Below are positions 7,073-14,562 of a stretch of DNA of 27,874 nt, piece after piece (position 1 is the first letter of the stretch; every line of letters starts with the position of its first letter). The stretch lies in contig JBBDRO010000053.1 of NCBI GenBank assembly GCA_040905425.1, forward strand, positions 9,173 through 37,046, given 5' to 3'. The stretch is from Gemmatimonadota bacterium. Its GTDB lineage: Bacteria > Gemmatimonadota > Gemmatimonadetes > Longimicrobiales > RSA9. Position numbers and translations under genes: made by a program. The notes under the pieces are model-generated. The model did not search any database. It saw nothing but the letters and a program-made list of their open reading frames with translations, and had not been told where the DNA came from.

Positions 7073-9213
7073 GCACGCCCGCGACGCGGCGGCCGGGCAA
7101 CGCGCCCGTGTCGACGCGCTACGCCGTGGAGGGCCTATGCTGCGCCGCGGAGGCCCGGCAGATCGAGGTCCGCCTGGGCCGCGATCCGCGGGTGGAGTCC
7201 CTGCGGATCGACGCGGTGCACCACACCGTGGACGTGCGCGGGCCCATCCCCGCCACGGACGTCTGCCGGGCCATCGGCGAACTGGGGATGGAAGCGCGTC
7301 CGGCGGACGCGCCGGTGCGCCCGCGGAGCTGGTGGGAGCAACGAGGCCGTACGCTGCTGGCCGCCGTGGCCGGCATCCTTTTCGTGGCCACGCTCGCCGC
7401 CGAGCACCTGTTCAGTGCCGCGGATCTGGCGGCCGTGCTGGCCGTGGGAGCCGTGGTGGCGGGCGGCTGGTACGTCTTCCCGCGCGGCGTGCTGGCGGCG
7501 CGGAACCTGGCGCTGGACATGAACTTCCTGATGGCCGTGGCGGCCACGGGCGCGCTCCTGATCGGCGAGTTCGCCGAAGCCGCGGCGGTCATGTCCCTGT
7601 TCGCGCTGGCCCAGCTCCTGGAGGCCCGCTCGATGGATCGGGCCCGGAACGCCATCCGCTCCCTCATGCAACTCACACCCGCCGAGGCCACGCTGCTGCG
7701 CGATGGGCGTGAGGTGCGGGTGCCGGCCGCCGACGTGCCGATCGGCGCGCGGGTGGTGGTGCGGCCGGGCGAACGCATCGCGGTGGACGGGACCGTGCTG
7801 GTGGGCCATTCCGCGGTGGACCAGGCGCCCATCACCGGGGAGTCCATTCCAGCGGAGAAGGAACCCGGCGCGCAGGTCTTCGCGGGCACGGTGAACGGGC
7901 CCGGCGCGCTGGAAATCCGCTCCTCCCGGGCCGCCGCGGACACCACGCTCGCGCGCATCATCCACGCGGTGGAGGAAGCGCAGGCCACCCGGGCGCCCAG
8001 CCAGGCCTTCGTGGAACGCTTTGCCCGCGTCTACACGCCGGCGGTCGTGGCCGGCGCGGTGGCCCTGGCGCTGGTCCCCCCGCTTACGGGATTCGGGGCC
8101 TGGGGGGAATGGATCTACCGTGCTCTGGCGCTGCTGGTGGTGGCCTGCCCGTGCGCGCTGGTCATCTCCACTCCCGTGACGGTGGTGAGCGCGCTGGCGG
8201 GCGGCGCGCGCCGGGGGCTCCTCATCAAGGGGGGGCTCCACCTGGAGAACGCGGGGCGGGTGCGCGTGGTGGCGCTGGACAAGACGGGAACGCTCAGCCA
8301 GGGCAGCCCCGAGGTGGTTTCGGTGGTACCGCTGAACGGGACGGCGGGGGCACGCGTCCTGGCGTTGGCGGCGGCCGTGGAGGCGCGCAGCGAGCATCCG
8401 CTGGCGGCCGCGGTGCGGCGCCGAGCGGACGCCGAAGATGTAGCCGTGCCTCGCTCGACCGGGATGCGGGCGCTCACCGGACTCGGGGTGGAGGCGCGCG
8501 TGGACGGGCGCCGCGTGGTGGTGGGCAGTCCCCGCCTGCTGGCGGATCTGGGGGCATCCGCCGCCGAGCTCGCCGCGGCGCGAGAGCTCGAGGAGGGCGC
8601 GCACACGGTCATGCTGGTGGCCGAGCTGGAGGAGGACGCGGCCCCGCGCATCCTGGGAGCGCTCACCCTGGCGGACCGCGTGCGCCCGGCGGCTGCGGGA
8701 GCGCTCGCGGACCTGCGCGCTGCGGGCATCCGCCACATCGCCATGCTGACCGGTGACAACGAGCCCACCGCGCGCGCCATCGCGGCGGCGCTCGACGGCG
8801 GCGTGGACAGCGTGCACGCGGGGCTCCTGCCCCAGGACAAGGTGGCGGCCGTGCGCGCGCTGCGCGCCGAGCACGGCGGCGTCCTCATGGTGGGCGACGG
8901 CATCAACGACACGCCCGCCATGGCCGCGGCCGACGTAAGCGTGGCCATGGGCGCCGCTGGCACGGACGCCGCCCTGGAGACCGCGGACATCGCGCTCATG
9001 GCCGACGACCTGACCCAGCTGCCGGTGTTGATCCGCCTGGCTCGCAAGGCCGAGGGCATCATCCGCGTCAACATCGGCCTGGCGCTGCTCCTCAAAGCCG
9101 TCTTCGTGGTGCTGGCGGCGGCGGGCGTGGCCACGCTCTGGATGGCGGTGCTGGCCGACATGGGAGCCAGCCTTCTCGTCATCGGCAACGGGCTGCGGGC
9201 GCTGCGGGTCTGA
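7069..9213 (+). CDS. zntA: Heavy-metal translocating P1B-2 ATPase (Zn/Cd/Pb exporter, ZntA/CadA type)
   Basis: N-terminal HMA-like domain (GLCCAAE), TGES, CPCALVIS, DKTGT, SEHP, TGDN, GDGIND, and a TM Lys (LLKAVF) and Asp (LADMG) diagnostic of P1B-2. Start taken at ATG 7069 (ATGA coupling). Confidence 0.93.
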   Translation: MSTPATRRPGNAPVSTRYAVEGLCCAAEARQIEVRLGRDPRVESLRIDAVHHTVDVRGPIPATDVCRAIGELGMEARPADAPVRPRSWWEQRGRTLLAAVAGILFVATLAAEHLFSAADLAAVLAVGAVVAGGWYVFPRGVLAARNLALDMNFLMAVAATGALLIGEFAEAAAVMSLFALAQLLEARSMDRARNAIRSLMQLTPAEATLLRDGREVRVPAADVPIGARVVVRPGERIAVDGTVLVGHSAVDQAPITGESIPAEKEPGAQVFAGTVNGPGALEIRSSRAAADTTLARIIHAVEEAQATRAPSQAFVERFARVYTPAVVAGAVALALVPPLTGFGAWGEWIYRALALLVVACPCALVISTPVTVVSALAGGARRGLLIKGGLHLENAGRVRVVALDKTGTLSQGSPEVVSVVPLNGTAGARVLALAAAVEARSEHPLAAAVRRRADAEDVAVPRSTGMRALTGLGVEARVDGRRVVVGSPRLLADLGASAAELAAARELEEGAHTVMLVAELEEDAAPRILGALTLADRVRPAAAGALADLRAAGIRHIAMLTGDNEPTARAIAAALDGGVDSVHAGLLPQDKVAAVRALRAEHGGVLMVGDGINDTPAMAAADVSVAMGAAGTDAALETADIALMADDLTQLPVLIRLARKAEGIIRVNIGLALLLKAVFVVLAAAGVATLWMAVLADMGASLLVIGNGLRALRV

Positions 9214-9368
9214 CGATCCGGCGCCGCGGCGCCGCGGCTACGACCCATCACCGTCGGCCCCGTGCCGCGCCTCGGAATGCGCCGTGCCGGCGCCGGTGGT
9301 TCGCAATTTGCCGCGCCGCCCCCTGATCGCCACCCGTTTCCGACCACCCGGCACGAACGCGGCAGCCC

Positions 9369-10904
9369 ATGCACTATGCGGATTGGATTGTCCTGGCGCT
9401 CTACATCGTCACCATGGTGGCGATCGGTTTCTGGGCGAATCGGCGGCAGACGGACACCGAGGCGTACTTCGTGGGCAACCGCTCCATGCCCTGGTGGGCG
9501 GCCGGCCTGTCGATCATAGCCACGTCCTTCTCGGCCGCCTCGATTCTGGGCGTTCCCGGTTACGCGTTCGCCGACGACATGTGGTACCTGCAGTATCAGC
9601 TCGGGGACTTCCTGGGCGTCATCGTGGTGACCCTCCTCTTTATCCCGTTTTTTCACAAGGTGCCTGGGCTCACCACGGCCTACGAGTACCTCGAGGCACG
9701 CTTCGACCTGAAGACGCGCCTGCTCGGCTCCACGCTCTTCGTGCTTACCGTGCTGCTGCGCGCCGGCACGCTGCTGTTCGGCGCGGCGCTGCTCTTCTCC
9801 GCCGTTGCCCCCACCGACCTGATGCCGGCGCTCACGGACGTTGAGGAAGCGGTGGTGATCTTTGGCGTCGTTGCCATCATCTACACGGTGATGGGCGGCA
9901 TCTCGGCCGTGATCTGGACGGACGTCATCCAGTTCTCGATCATGAGCCTGGGCATCATCGGGGCAATGGCGGTGGTGGTGCTTGGCACGCCGGGTGGCTG
10001 GGACGTGGCCTTCACGGAGGCCGGGCAGCTGGGCAAGCTGGACGTGATCCACACAGAGGAGCCCATGGCCGGCAAGGGACTCATCACAGCCATCTTCGGC
10101 TACGGTCTGCTGGCGCTTTCGCTCTTCGGCACGAACCAGCAGCCGGTGCAGCGCTACATGACCGTGAAGAATCCCCGTGAGGCGAAGAGCGCCCTCATCC
10201 TGGGCGTGGGGGCCGGCGCATTCGGCGTCCTGCTCTCGCTGCTGCTGGGCGCCTTTCTATTCATCTTCTACCAGCACTATCCCGCGCTGCTACCCGAGGG
10301 GCTCACGCCCGACCAGGTGATGCCCCACTTCGTGAACACCCAGGTCCCGCCAATCCTTACCGGCGGACTGGTGGCGGCCGTCTTCGCCGCTGCCATGTCC
10401 AGCCTGGACTCCGCGCTCAACTCCATGGCCGCGGCGCTCACCGTGGACTTCCTCAAGCGCTTCAAGCCCGGCGTGTCCGAGCAGGGCCAGCTCAACTTCG
10501 CCAAAGTGGTAGTGGTCGTGGCGGGCGTGATCGGCATCGGCGTGGGCATCTACTCGTCGCGTACCGAGGCGCCGCTGATCGACCTCATCCTGACCTTCAT
10601 GGGCTATTTCGCGGGCGGGCTGCTCGGCCTCTTCCTGCTCGGCATGCTGACCCGCCGAGCGAACGGCAACGGCGCGTTCACGGGCGCCATCGCGGGCACG
10701 CTGGTGGTGCTGATGGTCACCGAGAACGACTTCCCCCTGCCCCGGCTCTACGAGTGGTTCGGCTTCGAGCCGATCCCGTTCATCTGGTCCACCGCCGTGG
10801 GCCTGGCGGTCACGCTGGTGATCGGCTACCTGATGTCACTCCTCTCCGCGCGCGTGCCACCGGAGCAGCTGGAGCACACTACCCTGAGGCAGATGGCGGC
10901 CTGA
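9369..10904 (+). CDS. Sodium:solute symporter (SSS/SLC5 family), substrate unknown
   Basis: 511 aa, about 13 TM. YFVGNRSMPWW, TTAYEYLEARF, YTVMGGISAVIWTDVIQ, VQRY, Na-site segment AAAMSSLDSALNS. Confidence 0.93.
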   Translation: MHYADWIVLALYIVTMVAIGFWANRRQTDTEAYFVGNRSMPWWAAGLSIIATSFSAASILGVPGYAFADDMWYLQYQLGDFLGVIVVTLLFIPFFHKVPGLTTAYEYLEARFDLKTRLLGSTLFVLTVLLRAGTLLFGAALLFSAVAPTDLMPALTDVEEAVVIFGVVAIIYTVMGGISAVIWTDVIQFSIMSLGIIGAMAVVVLGTPGGWDVAFTEAGQLGKLDVIHTEEPMAGKGLITAIFGYGLLALSLFGTNQQPVQRYMTVKNPREAKSALILGVGAGAFGVLLSLLLGAFLFIFYQHYPALLPEGLTPDQVMPHFVNTQVPPILTGGLVAAVFAAAMSSLDSALNSMAAALTVDFLKRFKPGVSEQGQLNFAKVVVVVAGVIGIGVGIYSSRTEAPLIDLILTFMGYFAGGLLGLFLLGMLTRRANGNGAFTGAIAGTLVVLMVTENDFPLPRLYEWFGFEPIPFIWSTAVGLAVTLVIGYLMSLLSARVPPEQLEHTTLRQMAA

Positions 10905-10935
10905 GCGGTCACAGGGCACGCCGCCCGAGACCGCG

Positions 10936-11310
10936 CTAAGCGGGCTCGGCAGGCAGGAAGCGGGCGACGGTGGCCAGGAAGTCCTTGTACGCCATCGGCT
11001 TGCCAATGTAGCCATCGCACCCTGCCGAGTGGATGCGCTCCTCGTCCCCCTTCATGGCCAGCGCCGTGAGCGCGATCACCGGAATCGAGCGCGTGTCCGC
11101 GCCCGCCTTGAGCAGGGCGGTTGCCTGCAGACCATCCATGCCGGGGAGCTGGACGTCCATGAGCACCAGGTCGGGCCGTTCCGCGACCGCTATGGCAAGG
11201 CCCGCCTCGGCGTCGGGTGCGGCCAGGACGGAGTGTCCCACCGACTCAAGCAGGAACGTGGCCAGTTTCATGTTGCTGACGTTGTCCTCGATGACCAGGA
11301 CGCGCGCCAT
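10936..11310 (-). CDS. Single-domain response regulator (DivK/CheY-like receiver)
   Basis: VLVIEDN, PDLVLMDVQLPGMDG, IALTALAMKGD, GCDGYIGKP. The ATG at 11310 overlaps the upstream TGA (TGATG). Confidence 0.93.
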   Translation of the reverse strand: MARVLVIEDNVSNMKLATFLLESVGHSVLAAPDAEAGLAIAVAERPDLVLMDVQLPGMDGLQATALLKAGADTRSIPVIALTALAMKGDEERIHSAGCDGYIGKPMAYKDFLATVARFLPAEPA

Positions 11311-13805
11311 CACGCCACCCGCTTCCGGCCCGCCATGGCCCGACGGACTTCATCGGTGAGCTGTCCTGGGCCCATGTCGCCCTTCTCCATGATAGCCGTA
11401 ACGTAGCCGTTCAGCCTGGCGCGATCCTCGGCCTTCACCTGCATACCGGTGATGATGAGGATGGGGATGCTGGCCGTCTCGGGCCGCCCCTGCAGCGCCA
11501 CCACCACGTCGAAGCCGTTCACATCCGGCATGAGCAGATCCAGGATGATGGCGTCGGGCACATCGCGGCGCGCAATCTCAATGGCCTCGCGGCCGCCGCT
11601 CGCGCGCAGCACATTGTCGGCCAGTCCCAGCACGCCCTCGGCGATCAACTCCACGGAGGAAGGGTCGTCATCCACGATCAGGACGGTGAGCGGCTGGCCG
11701 TCCGGTGATGGCACCATGCCGAGGTCGGCAAGGGCATCCACCAGCTGCTGGCGCGATACGGGTTTCTGCATGACGGCCGCTGCGCCCAGTGAGAAGCCCT
11801 TGGTGGCGTCCGCCACGATGGAGACGATGACCACCGGAATGCGCCGCAGCTCCGCCGTCTCTTTGAGCAGGGAGAGGAACTGCCAGCCGTCCATGTCGGG
11901 CAGCATGATGTCCAGCGTGATGAGTGAGATCGGCTGGCTACGCGCCAGGATGAGCGCCTCCTCGGCGGTCAGGGCGTGCACGACCGTGAATCCTTCCCCC
12001 TCGAGCTGGGCCCGGATGAGCGCGGCGGACTTGTGGTCATCCTCCACCACCAGCGCCGTGCGTGAGCCGGTGGCCGCTGGGAAGGAAACCGGCTCAGCGG
12101 TCGCCCGCACGGACTCGCTCTCCGGCGCCCGCATGGGCAGCCATACCGTAAAGCGGGAACCTTCTCCCTCCGCGCTTTCCATGGCTACGGCACCACCGTG
12201 CAGCTCGGCGAGCAGCTTCACCATGGCCAGCCCCAGCCCCGTACCCTCGAATTTGCGCGCCAACCCGCTGTCGATCTGCGTGAACGGCTGGAAGAGGCGC
12301 CTGAGGCCCTCCTCCGAGATGCCGACGCCATCGTCAGCGACAGTGATCCTGAGGAATTCCGCAAACCCGCCGTCCACGGCCGTGAAACTGCGACCCGCCC
12401 ACGGGCCGGTCCGATTGCCCACGTCCTCAGCTGCCACGCGTCGGGCACCCAGCACAACCCGGCCGCCGTTGTTGCTGAACTTGACCGCGTTCGAGAGCAG
12501 ATTGTAGAGGATCTGCTTCACCTTTCGCGCGTCGGCCTGCATGGAGCCCAGCTCCGGGTCGGCGTCCATTTCCAGGCGGATGTGCCGCTCCGCGGCCTTC
12601 TCCCTGATGATGGAGAGGCTGTTGGTGAACAGTGAAGCGATCGCCACCGGCTCCAGATCGAACTCCATCTTGCCGGCTTCCACCTTGGAGAGGTCCAGGA
12701 TGTCATTGATGAGGGAGAGCAGGTGCTGGCCGCTGGTGAAGATGTCACCCACGAAGCGCTCCTGCTGCGCCGAGAGGGCGCCGACCAGGCCATCCTTCAT
12801 CAGCTCGGAGAAGCCGATGATGGCGTTCAGCGGCGTCCTCAGCTCATGGGACATGTTGGCCAGGAACTCGGACTTCATCCGGCTGGCCTCTTCCAGCTCC
12901 ACGTTCGTTCGCTGCAGCGTCTGCTCATAGCGCTTGAGCTCCGTCATGTCACGCGCGGAGGCGAACACTCCCTGAAGGCGGCGGTCGCGATCGTGGAACG
13001 TACTGGCGTTGTAGGAGACCACGGTGAGCGTGCCGTCGCGAGCGCGCGCCGTGAGTTCGTAATCGGTGACCTTGCCCTCCTGCAGTACGCGCTTGATGCC
13101 TGCCTCGGCCCGCACGGGGTCCGTGAAGCAGTTCTTGAAGGGCGCGCCGATCAGTTCGTCGCGCGTGCGGCCCGTCAGCCCCTCCGTCTGCTTGTTGACG
13201 TCCGTGATGATGCCGCGCGGATCGGTCGTCATGAGGGCGTCGATGTTGGACTCGATCAGGGAGCGCGTATAGAAGTGCTGGTCGCGCAGGCGCTGATCCA
13301 GTTTCATGCGCTCCTCCTCCACGCGCTGGCGCTCCGTGTTGTCCGTGCCGATCAGCAGGTAACCGATGATAGCGTCCCGCGCGTCGCGCAGCGCCGTCAC
13401 GGAGACCACGGCTGGGAAACGGCTTCCATCCTTGCGGATGTACGTCAGCTCGTAGATGTCCTCGATGCCGCGAGAGGCCTTGAAGACCAGCGCCTCGAAG
13501 CCGGGCGCGATGGGCGTGTCGAGCTCGGCGCTCAGCGCCTCGGCGCGCCGGATCAACTCCTGGGGGTCGGAGATATCCGCCGGTGTGATCCTGTTGGTCA
13601 CCTCGGCCGCCGCGTACCCGAGCATGCGCTCCGCGCCCGTGTTGAAGATCTGAATGACGCCTTCCGCATCGGTGGCAATGCTCGAGAAGTTGGCGCTGTT
13701 CAGGATGGCGCTCTGGAGCGCGCCCGCCTTCAGCAGGACCTCGGCGCGCGTCATCTCCTGCTTGCCCTGGTCGCGCCTGCCCTTGCGTCGTGATGTCATC
13801 CGCAT
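11310..13805 (-). CDS. Cytoplasmic hybrid histidine kinase: PAS-PAS-HisKA-HATPase-REC-REC
   Basis: Two PAS/PAC repeats (IATDAEGVIQIFN..AERMLGY; MTTDPRGIITDVN), H-box FLANMSHELRTPLN, N-box NLLSNAVKF, DDGVGI, GTGLGL, two receivers (ITLDIMLP; IILDLLMP). GGAGG RBS before ATG 13805. No TM segment. Confidence 0.93.
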   Translation of the reverse strand: MRMTSRRKGRRDQGKQEMTRAEVLLKAGALQSAILNSANFSSIATDAEGVIQIFNTGAERMLGYAAAEVTNRITPADISDPQELIRRAEALSAELDTPIAPGFEALVFKASRGIEDIYELTYIRKDGSRFPAVVSVTALRDARDAIIGYLLIGTDNTERQRVEEERMKLDQRLRDQHFYTRSLIESNIDALMTTDPRGIITDVNKQTEGLTGRTRDELIGAPFKNCFTDPVRAEAGIKRVLQEGKVTDYELTARARDGTLTVVSYNASTFHDRDRRLQGVFASARDMTELKRYEQTLQRTNVELEEASRMKSEFLANMSHELRTPLNAIIGFSELMKDGLVGALSAQQERFVGDIFTSGQHLLSLINDILDLSKVEAGKMEFDLEPVAIASLFTNSLSIIREKAAERHIRLEMDADPELGSMQADARKVKQILYNLLSNAVKFSNNGGRVVLGARRVAAEDVGNRTGPWAGRSFTAVDGGFAEFLRITVADDGVGISEEGLRRLFQPFTQIDSGLARKFEGTGLGLAMVKLLAELHGGAVAMESAEGEGSRFTVWLPMRAPESESVRATAEPVSFPAATGSRTALVVEDDHKSAALIRAQLEGEGFTVVHALTAEEALILARSQPISLITLDIMLPDMDGWQFLSLLKETAELRRIPVVIVSIVADATKGFSLGAAAVMQKPVSRQQLVDALADLGMVPSPDGQPLTVLIVDDDPSSVELIAEGVLGLADNVLRASGGREAIEIARRDVPDAIILDLLMPDVNGFDVVVALQGRPETASIPILIITGMQVKAEDRARLNGYVTAIMEKGDMGPGQLTDEVRRAMAGRKRVA

Positions 13806-13852
13806 GCTTTCCTCCGAGTTCAGCCGGATGCTATCCGACGGTGTGAACCGGC

Positions 13853-14452
13853 TCAGTGGAGACGCCCGATCATGCCGCGGACCGCGGTCAGGTACTCGTC
13901 CGTATCGAAGTGGTCGGGGTCGATCATCGCCTGCACTGCGCAGCCATGGATCCAGCTCACGGCCACGGCCGCGAGGCCATCCGCCGTGGCGCCGGCGAAC
14001 ACGGCCGGCTCCGTAACCAGCAGCTCTTCCATGATCGCGCGAAACGCCGAGCGGTAGCGCTCCAGTTCCGCGCTGATGAGCGTGCGAATCGGCTCCTCGC
14101 GGGCGCCCATGGCCCAGAATTCCAGGAACAGCCGGGTCTGGTGCGGCTGGTGCGAGAGGCGTGCCATCTCCTGCTGAAGCAGCGCGTGCAGACGATCGCG
14201 TGCGTGCGGGAAGCGGGCGATGTCATCGGAGATGTGCAGCACGGTGGCGGCGCCGACCACCCAATCCAGTAGCGCCCGCACGAGGCGGTGCTTCCGTCCG
14301 AAGTGGAAAAGTACCAGGGCGTGACTGATCTCCGCCTGCGCCGCCACCGCCCGGACCGTGAGCCCCCCGATCCCTTCGCGGCTGGCAACTTCCAGCGCGG
14401 CGCGCAGGATCTGTTCGCGCCGCACCCGCACCGGCTGTCTCTCCTGGGCCAT
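13853..14452 (-). CDS. TetR-family transcriptional regulator (BetI-type C-terminal domain)
   Basis: HTH RREQILRAALEVASREGIGGLTVRAVAAQAEISHALVLFHFGRK; C-terminal LEFWAM...IHGCAVQ. Start ATG 14452 (AAGGA 5 nt upstream) or 14458. Confidence 0.92.
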   Translation of the reverse strand: MAQERQPVRVRREQILRAALEVASREGIGGLTVRAVAAQAEISHALVLFHFGRKHRLVRALLDWVVGAATVLHISDDIARFPHARDRLHALLQQEMARLSHQPHQTRLFLEFWAMGAREEPIRTLISAELERYRSAFRAIMEELLVTEPAVFAGATADGLAAVAVSWIHGCAVQAMIDPDHFDTDEYLTAVRGMIGRLH

Positions 14453-14477
14453 AGCCATCCTTACCGAAAGTACGTTG

Positions 14478-14499
14478 TTATTGACCAATCGGTCAGTAA
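14478..14499. promoter_or_regulatory. Putative TetR operator 1 (imperfect palindrome TTATTGACCAATCGGTCAGTAA)
   Basis: 22-bp dyad in an AT-rich intergenic island next to tetR; nearly the reverse complement of operator 2. Confidence 0.8.
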
Positions 14500-14509
14500 A
14501 TACTACATT
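14481..14509 (+). promoter_or_regulatory. Sigma70-type promoter for the cheBR-kinase/mla operon
   Basis: TTGACC (14481-14486), 17-bp spacer, TACATT (14504-14509). Confidence 0.7.
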
Positions 14510-14528
14510 GTATTTACCGATTGGTCAA
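14500..14528 (-). promoter_or_regulatory. Sigma70-type promoter for tetR/hybrid kinase/receiver
   Basis: Minus strand TTGACC (14528-14523), 17-bp spacer, TAGTAT (14505-14500). Confidence 0.7.
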
Positions 14529-14531
14529 TAA
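14510..14531. promoter_or_regulatory. Putative TetR operator 2 (imperfect palindrome GTATTTACCGATTGGTCAATAA)
   Basis: 22-bp dyad 32 bp from operator 1. TTATTGACCAATCGGT (14478-14493) and ACCGATTGGTCAATAA (14516-14531) form a perfect 16-bp inverted repeat. Confidence 0.8.
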
Positions 14532-14562
14532 GTGGGTCGCGCACGCCATCACGAAGGGCAGG

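Noticed and set aside
9214..9240. GC palindrome cggcgccgcggcgccg as a terminator
   Set aside because: No U-tract, and such palindromes are expected by chance at this GC content.
7135..10052. Minus-strand ORFs of 579 and 645 aa
   Set aside because: Antisense to the ATPase and SSS genes; low-complexity translations.
14478..14531. Inverted repeat as a terminator, MITE or recombination site
   Set aside because: It is AT-rich, has no U-tract or target-site duplication, lies between divergent genes, and coincides with -35/-10 elements next to a TetR gene.
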